Assembly: GCF_018977255.1 (NCBI RefSeq)
Contig: NW_024704742.1
Location: forward strand, 133,984,001 to 134,048,000
Direction: 5' to 3'
Length of the DNA: 64,000 bases
Source: Callorhinchus milii
Taxonomy: Eukaryota
How positions within the stretch are numbered: position 1 is the stretch's first letter; each line of letters opens with the position of its first letter. The notes under the pieces are model-generated. The model was given only the letters and a program-made list of their open reading frames with translations, had not been told where the DNA came from and did not search any database. This document shows, piece by piece, positions 1 through 13,600 of this stretch. Position numbers and translations under genes: made by a program.

Positions 1-250
1 CCACTGGGAAATCTTTCAAAATGTCCGTTGTTTATTCACTCCTCTGTGTTTAGAAATTGTCACCTTTGTTTCGTTTCATAAATGGATAGAAAGCCTTCAT
101 GTTTCTCAAAGTCTTTTTGCCCCAGAAAAACATTGTCTTAAAATTCAACAGGATTTTGCGAATGTCTCTGATTCAACAACATCAGCTTGCGATTATACAG
201 CTCTCTTCATATCTTGGAGAACCGAAAGTACTTTGGCAGTGTTTCTATAG

Positions 251-424
251 TACAGTAAATCTCACATAAGTCATATCAGTTGGGACCATACTTTTCATTC
301 GACTTATGCAAAGTATGAGTTATGTGAAACTTATAAATAATTGGAAATTAACGTTGGGCATATGCACCTCTTGAGTGATAATGTACAACTTACACAGATC
401 TCAGATTTACACAGCTTTCCTGTA
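251..424. mobile_element. Possible decayed Tigger/pogo-like MITE
   Basis: Starts TA-CAGTAAATCTCACATAAGTC, has internal repeats of the inverted motif (CGACTTATGC, GAGTTATGTG) and ends ...CTG-TA; TIR match is poor. Confidence 0.3.
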
Positions 425-1789
425 TCTGTATCCTTTTGTTGGTGAGGTGCTCTTCCTTCTCAGTCCCATTTGACTGTAGTCGAAGGGACAACCGCAAAGC
501 AGTAACTCTGCTTTCTCTTTTAGGTGCTTTTTGTACATTTCCAAAACTGTTGCTTTTGTAGACTTCGAAGGGATCAACAGCCAGGGAAAACTAATGATGA
601 TAATAATAGTCTTTGCATTTGATATAGCACCTTATCACGTCGTCGAGATGTGCAGTAACCACCCAGCACCTAATACAACATAGTCCAAAAAGGTTGAGGT
701 TCTTTTATACCAATTCGTAAAGGTTCATAAACCAACATCTACAACTTGCTTCAGCGTCCTTCACATAGGATAATGTCTCTGAGCGCTGCAATTAGCGGGT
801 AGTGTGGTTAGAGCACTCACTTCGTGAGCATGAGGGCCTGGGTTTGATTCCCAGGGCGAAATGTTGGCCAAGTTTCGTTTTTCCACATGTCGCTGTTTAC
901 CTACCAGTAAGTAGGAACCCAATTGTTAGTGGATTGTTGGAACACTCTTCTGGGGGAAATAATCTATTCAAAACACAAATAAATAATAATAATTTGGTCA
1001 CTGCTGTGTGCAATTGTTTCGCCAACAAAATACACAAATTCACTTTACAGTATATTTTGTGAGGTGCTTTGAGATGTCTCGAAGACTTGATAAGGCGCTA
1101 TATCAAATGTAAGGATTATTATTTTTATGATTGTACACTGAGCAAGGGAGAAGGGAGAGGGGAGGGGGTATGGTGCCCATAGGCGTGTTGAAGAGGTAGG
1201 TTTTCAGGTGAAGATAGGTAAGTGGGTGGGGAAGAGAGGCAGGGTGTTCCAGAGGTTCTGGGCATCGTGGCTGAAGACACAGACACTGATGGTGGTCGGT
1301 GGGGATCCAAAGGTATGCTTGCCATCTGACACCATAACACACATATATACGCACGCACAATCCTTTGGGCCTCATAGAATCCTTTAAGGGTCATGTCGCT
1401 TGACAAACCTGATGATTTCCGCCTTGAAATTTTTACAAACATCTTTTTTTCATTGGGACAATACCCGATGCTGATCTGTTGCATAACCCAAATCCAGATG
1501 TCAGCAATTTCGTCAGAAATTTGTATCGGTATCTATTGGCTGCTTTTTGCATCAGCCTCCAAAGATTACAATGATCATTGCTGCGTCTGAACCATAAAGG
1601 AGTCCAGAATTAAATTAAAGAATGGATATCCTGGCACATTCCCCCACACTGCCTCCCCCAACCCTGCCAATCTGTGCTAGTTAGTGACCTCAGCAATACT
1701 AATAGTGAAACAATTAGGAAGATAGGAATAGGGGAAGGCCAGGAGTGGGGATGAAGGTAGTGCAGTTGATGCAGTTCATAGCGATTTTC

Positions 1790-2867
1790 AATAAGGATTA
1801 TTAAAGGGATAGTGGCAGCATGGATACAGGACTGGCTGGGTGACAGAAAGCAGAGTGGTGGTGAACAGTTATTTTTCTGACTGGAGGGAAGTGTGCAATG
1901 GTGTCCCCCAGGGGTCAGTATTGGGGACACTGATGTTTTTGATCTATATAAATGACCTGAACTTGGGTATAGGGAGTACAATTTCCAAGTTTGCAGATGA
2001 TACTAAGCTAGGAAAAGTAGTAATCAGTGAGAAGGATAGTAGCAGACTTCAAATGGACATAGACAAATTGAAAAAATGGGCAGACAAGTGGCAGATGAAG
2101 TTTAATGTGGAGAAATGCAAAGTAGTGCATTTGGGAGGAAGAACGAGGAGAGACAGTATAAGATAGATAGTAGAATCTTAAAGGGGGCGAAGGAACAGAG
2201 AGACCTGGGGGTTCATATAAGTAAATCTTTGAAGGTGGCAGTACAGTTAGGTAAAGCTGTTAAAAAAGCATACAGGGTATTAGGCTTTATAAATAGGGGC
2301 ATAGAATACAAAAGTCAGAAAGTTATGATGAACCTTTATAAAACATTGGTTAGGTCTCAGCGAGAGACTGCGTTCTATTCTGGGCACCAAACTTTAGGAA
2401 GGATGTCAAGGCATTGGAGAGGGTGCAAAGGAGATTTACCAGGATGGTACGAGGAATGAGGGATCAGTTATCAGGAGAGGCGAGAGAAGCTGGGATTATT
2501 CTCCTTGGAGCAGAGAAGGTTAAGAGGAGACTCAATAGAAGTTTTCAAAATTATGAGGGTATTCGATAGGGTGAACAAGGAGAAACTATTTCCAGTGGTA
2601 GGTGGGTTGGTAACCCGAGGACACCGATTTAAATAGTTGTTAAAAGAAACAGAGGGGAGGTGAGGAGAATTTTTTTCACACAGTGAAGTTCGGATCTGGA
2701 ATGCATTGCCTGAAAGTGTGGTGGAAGCCGATTCGATAACAACTTTCAAGAAAGTAGATAATTATTTGGGGAGGATAAGTTTGCAGAGCTATGGGAAGAG
2801 AGAGCGGGGGAGTGGGATTGAATTGGATAGTTCTTTTCAAAGAGCCGGCACAGACACAATGGGCCTT
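1790..2867 (+). mobile_element. CR1-clade LINE, 5'-truncated RT C-terminus + 3' UTR, frameshifted
   Basis: [48 protein letters not shown], then RDLGV..LGFINRGIEYKS..LYKTLVR, split over ORFs 1840-2166 and 2115-2459. Confidence 0.92.
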
Positions 2868-5294
2868 GGACAATACATCTGAGGATATCTGATGTCCTTG
2901 TTATCATTGGTATGTCCTTTGGTACGTCCTTTCGATGTAAAAATGTAAATTTGTATTCTATTGTATTCCCCAATTGAAGTTGTGAAGAGTTGAGCAATAA
3001 TAATAATTCTTGCATTTCATATAGCACCTTACATCATTGAGATGTTTTAAAGCCCTTCACAGACTATCCTGTAAAGTGGATTCAGTGTATTTTTGGGGGA
3101 CAAAATGCGCACAGCAGTCTCCCACAAACAGTCATGGATTGAGCGACCAAATTTCTTTGGTTTAAGGCATTATTACCCCCTGTAGGCGATCCACCAATCG
3201 ACCGAACAACCAGGTTTCGACTTAATGTTAGATAAACAGGTGTGTGGAGTAATGACACTAGCCTAAGTTTTCATCCCACTGGGAATCAAACCCGGGCCAT
3301 CTCACTTGTGAGGCAAGTAAGCTCACCACTATGCTAAGGGATTCAATACACCTTCGGATGGGAGGAGAAAATGGGTGAGAAAAGTAAAGTGAACAAATAT
3401 GTTTGGGTTTGTACTGGGTTGAAATGAGAACAGACGTTGGGAGTGGAGTCTCAGGGTTTATCCTAGGATTTCTCATGATCTTAGCACTTGTATTTATAAA
3501 TCATAAGATCACAGGACTGATTTGGATAAAGTAAGCCCTTGGGCACATTTAAAAGCTGAGAAGAGTATGTTTGTGGTGGGAGGAAGAAACAAGGAATTCA
3601 TGGTTGATAAGATAGGTTTTAAGATCTTACAATAATCCTTGCATTGATATAGCATCTTATCGCATAATCAAGACATCTCAAAGTGCTTCACATGATATCC
3701 CCGAGATAAAATTAGTCATTTACGTTATGGCTGTACATTGTGGGACATTTCTGCACCCAAATTGGCTGCCGCATTCGCCTACAAAACACACAGTCCCATC
3801 ACTTTACAGAAAATCCTGTTAAGCACTTTAAGATGTCTCAATGATGTGAATAGCGCTGTATCAAAAGCAAGGAACGTCTCAAAACTTACCTCGTGCTTTT
3901 GTTTATATTTCCCCCTCTCCACTCCCTCTGCTCCCACCAGTAGATCGGGTGGTGCCTATCCTCCAGTGTGAAGCACTTGGAGACGACCTCCCAATGTATA
4001 AATATTAATTTGTATTACATTATAATTTGTTAGCTCTAGTTTCAGCTGACAGTGACAATTTGCAGGTTACTGTAAAGCAAGTTATTTCCCTTCTCTTTTC
4101 GAGTAGTGCTGTGTGATCTTTAATGTCCACCTTGAGAGGCAATTGGGATCTCAAGTTGAAGTCTCATCCAAAGGATGACACTCCAAGAATGCAGCACACC
4201 CCCAGCAATGCATTGGTGTGTCACCTTAGACTATATGGGTTCCAAGTCCCGATGTGGGGCTTGAACCCACAACCTTCTGACTCGAAGGTGAGACTCCAAA
4301 AAGTCCATGAGTGATTTCCAGTGTCTGCCGTTCAACACCATAAACCTCTCTCTCCCCCCTCCACGATCCGCCCCACACATTCAAGCAATGGAATAATGTA
4401 TCCATCAAGTTGCATGTGAAGAAGAACATTTTTGGTTATCTCCCTTAAGAGGGACATCTGCTTGTAATCTGTTAACAGGGAAGAAGAGAAAAAAGAGTTT
4501 GGAATTGGCGAGAAAAATAGCCCAAATTTGCTCATAATGGACCCATGATATAAGAACATCTGGAACGTGTTTTCATGAAATATTTTTGAACAAATGGATT
4601 TCCCAAATCGAATTGCTTCTTTTAAGTATTTGACTTTCAAGGCTCTCCAAGTTGGTGCTGCAACATTGCCATCTAATATCAAAGGAGCTGGTGGTGGTGG
4701 CATGTGTGTGTGTGGGTGGGTGGGGGGGTTGGGGGAGAAGGCTGATTGTGTGTATGTTGAGGGGAAGGAGTTAACAACAAATACAACAACTTGCATTTAT
4801 ATAGCTTCCTTCACGCTGGGTGGCGTCTCGTAGCCAAAGACTTTTAATATTTCCAAAGGCATCTCTTCGCACTTACTCCTCGACTCCCATCGTTTTGGAA
4901 ATGAGGTCCATCACTTTGCAACAATCACCATCCGCGCAGAATTATTGGGAGCCCAGAAACCTGAAGCTTAATCCAGAATCGAGCTGAAGCTCGAGATTCC
5001 GCATAGTCTTAGCCCAAAAGGACGTTTCACCCCAGCTCGAGTGCCTTGCCAGCAGCATCAAGCGCTTTGGGACATTCTCCTGACATGAGGTAAACGAATA
5101 TTTGTATTACCATGTATTACAATGTAAGGCAATGTAAGGCAAAATCTTGAAAACGTTTTGAAATGTAACAGATGCTCAGATATATTTATCTTATAACAAG
5201 CTTAAAAATAAAAGGGAGCAATCCCACCTGATTTGCTCTCTCTATGGACTATTTTAGAACATCCAGAATTTGGCAAACTGTTGAAATTCAGTCT

Positions 5295-6680
5295 TAACTT
5301 TGCTTCGCTCTTTCCTCTCCTCCCACACCCTCAGCGGACCCCTCCAATCGGGTTTCCCTGTTGCCCAAAGTACAGAAACTGCTCTGGTCAAGGTCACAGA
5401 TGACATCCTGACCATGTGTGCCAGGGCTCCCTCTGCCTCCTCATCCTCCTCGATTTCTCCGCCGCCTTTGATACGGTGGACCATTCAATCCTTCAAGGTT
5501 CTGTCCTTGATTGGTTCAGGTCTTACCTTTCTCAATGCCTCCACTTCATCTGTGCAAACGGCTTTTCCTCCAGCCCCCGCACCGTCTCGTGCGGCGTACC
5601 TCAGGGCTCTGTCCTCGGTCCCCTCCTCTTCACCCTCTACATGCTCCCCCTTGGGGACATCATCCGCAGACATGGGGTCAACTTCCACATGTATGCGGAT
5701 GACACCCAACTCTATCTTTCTGCCTCCACCCTCAACTCAACTCCAGGACCACTACTATCCTGACCGACTGCCTGTCCGACATCAAGTCTGGACGAGGGAC
5801 AACTTTCTCCAACTGAACGTCAGCAAGACCGAGGCCCTCCTGATTGGTTCACTATAGCGCCTCTGCACCTCGGGCGCTGGCAGCATCAGCCTCCACTGCT
5901 ACACACTCAACCTCACTAAGCCAGTCAGGAACCTGGGTGTCTTGTTTGACCCTGAACTGTCCTTTCTCCCCCACGTCCTCGCAATGACCGGCACTGCCTA
6001 CCACCACCTCCGCAACATTGCCAAACTCCGCCACTGCCTCAGCCCTCAGGCTGCCAAAACCCTCACCCACGCATTTGTCACATCAAGGCTCGATTATGGA
6101 AACTCCCTCCTCATCAACCTTCCCAACTCCTCCCTTCACAAGCTGCAGATCATCCAAAACTCTGCAGCTCATGTTTTCTCACGCACCAAGCTCCGTGACC
6201 CCATCACTCCCACCCTCGCCCAACTCCACTGGCTCCCCATCCTCCAGAGGATTGAATTCAAGATCCTCGTCCTCACTTTCAAGGCCATCCGTGGCCTTGT
6301 CCCCTCCTACTTTTCTGACCTGCTGACTCCCTACCAACTGCCCGCTTCCTCCGTTCAGCCGGCTCCAGCCTGCTCCATGTCTCCCGCCCGACCGGCCCTA
6401 TCATCGGTGGCCAGGCTTTCAACTTCTCTGCTCCCATACTCTGGACCTCTACCCCACAGCCCCTTCGCCTCGCTTCCTCTCTTGCCTCCTTCAAGGCCGG
6501 TCTCAAGACCCTCCTCTTCGATCATGCCTTCAGTTACCCTCCTACCTCTCTGCCTTCCCTCACCACTATTCCATCCCTCCTCCATGCTCGGGTCCTGCCC
6601 CCTGACTGTCCAGCGCCTTGGGATGTCCTCCCGACATGAAAGGTGCTCTATAAATTTAATTTTGCTGTTGTTGTTGTTGT
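5295..6680 (+). mobile_element. L2-clade LINE, 5'-truncated, with 3' stem-loop and (TTG)n tail
   Basis: [97 protein letters not shown]; frameshifted. Confidence 0.93.
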
Positions 6681-7924
6681 TAACTTCAAAACTGTTTTTC
6701 TGTAGTCTCTTAAAAATAAATTTACAGAAAATTGGTTTCAAAATTCGGCCGTTAGTTAAATATTTACTGTAAAACACTTTGCCTGTGCATTTTTAGGCAA
6801 ACACGGCAGCCAATTTGTGTGCAGCAATGTCCCACAAACAGCCATGAAGTAATTGAACAGTTTTGTTTGGGGGATTGTTGGCCAAAGCATTGCGAGAAAC
6901 TAGCTTCTCTTTTCAAAAGTACCGAGCAGTCAGACATGACCTTGATTCAAAATCCAAAGGATTGCACCTCCAACAATACAGCCGAAACACTGTACTAGAG
7001 CATCAGCATAGATAGTGAGTTTGAAGTCCATACATGGGACTTGAACCCACAACCTTCTGACTCAGAGGCGCGAGTGCTACAGCTAAAGCTTTGTGAACTT
7101 TCTGTATACCTGCTACCAAGGTACTTGAGTAAAATCTTAGATATCAGTGTAATCCTAAATTCTACATTATTAAACTGTGGTACGTCTCGTTATTTTATAA
7201 TCCTTGCTTTTTGCATTTTGATATTGCACCTTTCACATCAAAGATAAATAATGATAATAACCCTTTGCATTTGATACAGAGCCTTATCACGTCTTCGAGA
7301 CGTCTCAAAACGCTTCGCAGGATATACTGTACAGTGAATTGACTGTATATTTGTTGACAAAACACAGCAGCCAATTGCGCACAGCAGCATCCCACAAACA
7401 GTCGTGGATTGAGTGACCAACATATCATTATTATTATTTTTGTGACCAATTATTACCTCCGGAAAAGCGATCCGCAAGTCGACGAACACCCGGGTTCCTG
7501 CACTGCTAGGTAAACAGAGGCATGTGGAGTGTATGTTTATATATATATAACTGCAACTTGTTGCTGTTGGTGGTTATTGTTGAGATTCACAGAAAGTACC
7601 GCGACATATCGTGACTGTAGGTGATTCCGCTCTCTGTGCATTTTCATTCCAACCTTCGAGCCTTAAAATTCCTCCACAACCTTGTCCCACCCGACCTCTG
7701 TGATCATGCACTTCATGGTTGTTTATGAGTATTGCTGTGGGCAAATTGGCCACTGCATTCAGCTACAAGATACAGTCACTGCACGCTACAGTAAATCTTG
7801 TAAAACTCTGAGATGTGAGAAGATGTGATAAGGTTTATTGGCTCTTGTAGAATATTAACTTGTTAACTAAACCTGACGTGTTGGGCCAAATTACCTTGTT
7901 TTTGTTATGTATCGCTCTATGCCT

Positions 7925-8775
7925 CCACTTTGGCTCCATTGACTCCGCATCCCCAAACATATTGCGTTCAAGATCCTCATTCTCACATTCTAAGCCTTCC
8001 ACAATCTCGTCACAACCCCCACCATCCCCCTCCCCTCCTACCTCTGTGACCTTCTTCAACCACACCGATCTGGCTGCTCCATCTGCTCAGCAAGCACCAG
8101 CCAGTTTCATGCCCCCTGCCCTATCTGCGCAACCATTGGTAGATGAGCTTTCACCCAGTCTGCCCCCATTCTCTAGAACACCATCCAACAACAACGACAA
8201 AATTACATTTATAGAGCGCCTTTCATGTCGGAAGGACATTCCAAAGCGCTGAACAGTCAGGTGTCGGGGCCCGAGCATGGGGGAGAAGTGGGGTAGGGTT
8301 GAAGGAAGGCAGAGAGGTGGGAGGTCGACTGAAGGCACGATTGAAGAGAAGGGTCTTGAGACCGGCCTTGAAGGAGACAAGGGAGGAAGCGAGGTGAAGG
8401 GACCGTGGGATGGAGTTCCAGAGTGTGTGGGCAGAGAGGCTGAAAGTCCAGCCAACGATGGAAGGGCGAGTCGGACGGGAGACGTGGAGCCGGCCGGAGC
8501 CCGCTGAATGAATCCTTTCTAGAGCTTGCTCTCCTTCCCTCAGTCAATTCACATCTCAAAACGTACCTCTTCAACCGCACTTTCAGTCATCTTTCCCCTG
8601 TCTTCCACCTAACACCCCCACCACCACACCCCACCCCCGGCTCGCACCTCAGCTCTGGTGTCCACCTGGCTTTGTATGAATATGAGTGTGTGTATGCATG
8701 AGTCCAAACATCCCGAGACATCCTCCCAATTTCCCACTGGGAAAGACGCTACACAATATAAATGTAAATTATATT
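7925..8775. mobile_element. Old L2 3' fragment (+) interrupted by a younger L2 3' end (- strand, ~8186-8510)
   Basis: 8186-8510 is the reverse complement of the L2 3' end seen at ~6350-6680; L2-like + strand sequence resumes after it. Confidence 0.7.
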
Positions 8776-10199
8776 CTATTGACTGTCATTTTTAGGACAA
8801 AGGTTTTAAATCTGAAACTATGATAATTTTCAGGTCAAGTTGTTTATAAATAAAATCATGCCAGTTCTTCTTTGAGACATCGTCTTATGAAATATTTGTA
8901 TATTTGCAACAATCTGTTGGAAACCTCCAAGCAACATGAAGACTATAAAGAATGACAGACATTGCTTATCTGTGACCAGTTAATCATGCAACTTTTATGG
9001 TCCACTTGAGCTTCTGGAATACCATATTCTGCTCCAAATAACTTACAGAAATCGGTGTCTTGATCTTCTTTGGTTCCCAAATTTGGCCATGAGACAAGGG
9101 TCTGTGAATCGAGCCATAATAAGCATCCAAAATATGAAGGCAATTTGAAACAAGACTATGATGCATGATCCCACGGTGGGAGCTGACAACAAACCAGCCT
9201 TATCCTGTGCAGATTTATACTTATTCATCATGGTTGGGAGAAATTGGACTACAGAGTTTTACAAGTACATCAATATAGTACATGGATACATATGGATAGA
9301 AATTTGGTTCAGCATCACATACATCGCAGTTGCCAATGTTCCTTGAACATCAAGCAGTCCAGGCTGACACTGCAGCACATTGTCAAGGGAAACACTGCAT
9401 AATAATAATAATAACAGTAAAAATAATAATAATCCTGGTATTTGATATAGCACAAAATCATGTCTTTGAGATGTCTCAAAGTACTTTGTTGAATATACTG
9501 TAAAGTGAATTGATTGTATATTTTGTGGGCAAAATTCTGCAGCCAATTTACCCAGAGCAGGGTACCACAAACAGTCAACAACAACAACAACAAGATTCCA
9601 TTTATAAAGCGCCTTTCACGTCAGGAGGACGTCCCAAGGCACTGCACAGTTGGGTCATGACCCGAGCAGGGGGGAAATGGTCAGGGTGAGGTGAGGGGAG
9701 GGAGCGAGGAGGGGGGAAATGGTCAGGGTGAGGGGAGGGATGGGAGGGAGCGAGAAGGGGGAAGAGAGTCGAGAGGGGAGCTGAAGGCGTGGATGAAATG
9801 ACCAAATTATTATATTTTTATATAGAATCCTGGGTATGAGAGAGACTCATTCTCCATTTCTCCCAAAGGTGTTAGAATCCACTACATAAACATTGTGGAG
9901 TCCTGTAGCTCAGTGGTTAGAGCACTCGCCTCGCAAGCGAGAGACCTGGGTTCGATTCCCAGCAGGACGAAACCTTGGACAAGTTTCCTTATGCCACACG
10001 CCTCTGTTTACCTAGCAGTAAGTAGGAACCCAGTTGCTGGTCGATTGGCGGATCGCTTTTCGGTGAATAATACTCCTTAGAAAAAGTTTTGCCTGCTTTT
10101 GTATTTCAGAAGAATAGAACATTTTGTTAATTCTGTTTTGTAATCCTCCTTTACAATGCCCATGTTACTTTAGCTGGCACCAAGGTGATATGTTTGGCA

Positions 10200-10690
10200 A
10201 CGGGATGTAGGAATTGTGGTGGTCTCAGTAGAGGTTCCTGAGCCAGGCGGGTCCGCAGTATTCCAGGGCTTATAACAGACCAGCCGGCCTGGCTCATAGC
10301 AGGATTTGGAATGGCAATCGCTGAGAGTAGGGATTCTTCCCGCTCAATTCCTGTTAACCCTGTAAGCCAAAGCCCTATCGGGTATTGGACAAGCAGCAGG
10401 AAACTTTCAAGACAGTGATCTCAATGGTACGCTATGCTGTTTTAATTGGTTAAACTCCAGCAGTTATCCCAATACACACTCCGGGGTCCCCAAGCCTTGA
10501 TTCTCTCCAACCTGCACCTAATACTCTCCAGAATTAGATAGGCAGGGAGAGAGCACACATTCCATTCCAAACACGTGGAATTTTCCATGGGTGGGTGGCA
10601 TACATATATGGATCTGTCAGTCTGGTTTTGATTCTCTTAGGCACGGTGATGGATTTCCACATGTGTCGGGCACCTGGCTGAGCAAAAAAA
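10200..10690 (+). mobile_element. Unclassified interspersed repeat with A-rich 3' end (longest copy in window)
   Basis: Segments recur at ~19130-19360, 24490-24750, 30690-30770, 52235-52318 (+) and 14460-14560, 21205-21285, 23545-23700, 27775-27870, 46020-46175 (-). Confidence 0.65.
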
Positions 10691-11639
10691 TGTACAATAC
10701 AATATAATGCAAATTTATATTTTTATAGCCCCTTTCATGTCGGGAGGATGTCTCAGAGCATTCATCAATAATGGCTTGGCACCTGAGCTGGGGGTGGGTG
10801 CCAATGGGTAAGGAAGGGGAAAGATGACTAAAAGTGTGGTCAAATAGGTAGGTCTTGGCAAGGACTTTAATCAAGATAAGGAGGGAATGAACAAGTTAGA
10901 AGGAATCCGGGATGAAAATCTAGAGAGTAGGGGCAGATAGCCTGAATGCCCATCTGTTGCTAATAGAGGGATGTCCATTTTACCTTGGGCAAATAAGACC
11001 ATGGATGCCTCCAGGGTGTACTAGACTTCTCCTCTTTGACCTTCGTCTCTGATCCATCTGTGCCGTGCAGGTTAAAGATCCTATGGCGCTATTTGAAACA
11101 GAAGTTCTCCCGATATTCTGGCCAACAATCCCTCAAATAGAATTCATCATTTATTTTGTGGCTATTCGTTTGACATTACTATGTGCAATTTGACAGCTGG
11201 ATTTAACTAGAAAATACATAGTCACTACAGTAAATTCTGTGAACCACTTTCAGATGTTTCGACAACATGATGAGGCACTATATCAATTGCAATGATTTTT
11301 ATTACTGTTGATTAAGAGTTTAGCCTGTAAGTCAAGATCTTTTTCCCACTATAGAATCCTGGCCAGCTCAGTGGAATAAAGAGACTTGCTGTGACTTTCC
11401 TCTGCTCCCTTTCTATCACAGTAAACAGCCATCGCCTGACGTTGATATCCATTGTGACTGGGAGATACGCACTCTGTGGTAGGTAATTCCTCTGCACATA
11501 AACACTCCCATATATTCTGCCAAGGAATTCCCTAAGTCTGGCCAAGAACGACTGCTAATCAGTATAAAAACATGTGGTAACTAAACATCGTCTTTGATTC
11601 GAAAATAATTTCTAGAGCAATTCTGCTGCTATTTGCCAC

Positions 11640-12890
11640 TGAACGCACATGGCTCAAATCCAACCGAACGTCCCATCGGCAGATCTGGATGGACCAGGTC
11701 AAAACCCACCGCTCTGCCCTCGCCTCAGCCAAGCCGTGCTTCTACTCCAGGATCATCCTGAAGGCCAAGGACAACCCTAGGCTCCTCTTCTCCACCACAA
11801 ACTAGCCCCTTTGCCCACCATCCCATGCTTCGCCATCCTTTTCTCCAACTCCAGATGTGAGGAAATGATGGACTTTCTCGGTTCCCATATTGAGAGAATG
11901 TGAAATGCTGCCTCTGCCTCTGCCTCTGCTCCTGCCACACATACCCCACCATACCCTCCACCCTCCACTAAACCCTCTCTATCCACTTTCAATCCCACGA
12001 AACATACAGTCAATTCACTTTACAGCATATTCCGTGAAATGCTTTGAGATATCTCGAAGACCTGATAAAAGGCTGTATCAAATGCAAGGATTATAATTAT
12101 AATGTGGAGTCCTGTAGCTCAGTGGTTAGAGCACTCGCTTTGCAAGTGAGAGACCTGAGTTCAATTCCAGGCAGAGGGCGAAACCTTGGGCAAGTTTCCT
12201 TACTCCACACAGAGCCTAATAATAATCCCTCCAAAAACCAAAAACAATAATAAGTTGGTCATTTTCAATCTACGACTGTTTGTGGGACATTGCTGTGCGC
12301 AATTGGCTGCCGCGTTCGCCCACAAATATACAGTCAATTCACTTTACAGTGTGTTCTGTGAAGCACTTTGGGACGTCCTCCCGACGTGAAAAGCGCTATA
12401 TCAAATGCAAGGATTATTATTATATAACTCCATCTCTCCTTCTCTCTCTTTGGTCATCTCCCGATTATGTAGGGACCAATCATGTGGTCCCTCAACCCCA
12501 TCTCAATCCTCTCCTGACCTCCCAGCTCCCCCACTTTCCCCTCTTCCTCTTGCTAATAGACATTGTCAATCTCTCTTTATCCACTGGGACCATTCCTATC
12601 CGCTTCAAAACAGCTGTCATTGACCCCATTCCCCCCTCAAAAACATTCCTTCGAAACACCCTTGTTACCTAACTACTGTCCCATCTCCGATCTCCCTTTC
12701 CTCCCCAAGGTATTAGAACAAGTTATTGCTTTCCACTCACGGCACTCCCCACATGAACCCCTTCGAATCTGGCTTCCTTCCTGCCCACAGTATAGAGAAT
12801 GCTCTGGTCACAGTCACCAATGGCATTCTCTCCATCTGTGACTCTCTCTGACTCCTTGTCCTTTTTGGCCTCTCTGCCACCTTCAACACT
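11640..12890 (+). mobile_element. L2 ORF2 middle fragment interrupted by two tandem SINEs (~11995-12423)
   Basis: Translates to ALASAKPCFYSRIILKAKDNPRLLFSTTN; after the SINEs, IVNLSLSTG..P.RFKTAVI.P and NY.PISDLPFL.KVLEQV. Confidence 0.75.
12104..12423 (+). mobile_element. tRNA-derived SINE, young short subfamily, full length
   Basis: Head GTAGCTCAGTGGTTAGAGC (A box) and GAGTTCAATTCC (B box), Deu-like core, L2-type stem-loop, (TTA)n tail; nearly identical to other young copies. Confidence 0.93.
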
Positions 12891-13386
12891 GTTTCTATTC
12901 TACTCTGCTATCTGCTTGTTAAAGGCATTTTCCCATGCCACTATGCCAAAAGAGCATGTTGTTTCTCTTGTTGTCCTGAATCCTCCAGATAAAATTGCTG
13001 AACCAAAGAAACTTTTTCAACCAAGAATCATGTGAATCTGAGGAGTCGAGTTCTGTAGCTTTGTGGTTAGAGCGCTCGCCTCGCAAGTGAGAGGACAAGT
13101 TTCCTTAAATTTCACCCACAAATATACAGTCAATTCACTTTACAGTCCATTCTGTGAAGTGCTTTGAGACGTCAAGAAGATGTGAAAAGCGCTATATCAA
13201 ATGCAAGGATTATTATTATTGTTATTGTTATTATTATTACTCCACATGCCTCTGTTTACCTACAATAGATAGGAACCTGGTTGTTAGTTGATTGGTGAAT
13301 TGGTTTTCCGGGGATAATAATCCCTCAAACAAAATGTGATCGCTCAATCTACGACTGTTTGTGGGAGATTGCTGTTGGGAATTTGT

Positions 13387-13600
13387 TAGAATCATAGAAT
13401 CATACAGCACAGAAAGAGGCCATTCAGCCCATCGCGTCTGCGCCAGTTCCTAAAAGAGCAATCCGACTCAATCCCACTGGCCCGCTTTCTCTCCATAGCC
13501 CTGCAATCCTGTCCTCCCCAAATACCCATCTACTCCTCTCTTAAAAGTTGTTATTGAACCGGCTCCCACTGCCCTTTCAGGTAATGCATTCCAGGTCCGA
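13387..13600 (-). mobile_element. CR1 3' end fragment
   Basis: (TAGAATCA)2 terminal repeat, then the reverse complement of the CR1 3' UTR seen at ~2700-2867; similar ends near 21336, 28385 and 49292. Confidence 0.75.

Noticed and set aside
4332..4796. 154-aa minus-strand ORF
   Set aside because: No recognisable domain, starts in simple/repeat sequence, no supported splice structure; a blastp/HMM search would be needed.
5300..6772. Intact reverse transcriptase gene
   Set aside because: 5'-truncated, frameshifted, with an internal deletion; a dead L2 copy. The same applies to the other L2/CR1 ORFs.
9668..9750. Two ~43-bp G-rich direct repeats (also short duplications near 5121 and 43287)
   Set aside because: Ordinary slippage duplications in or near repeats; not a CRISPR-like or otherwise regular array.
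12104..12180. tRNA-Ala-like genes (and all similar heads)
   Set aside because: No complete acceptor stem, and they run on into SINE bodies; these are SINE Pol III heads.
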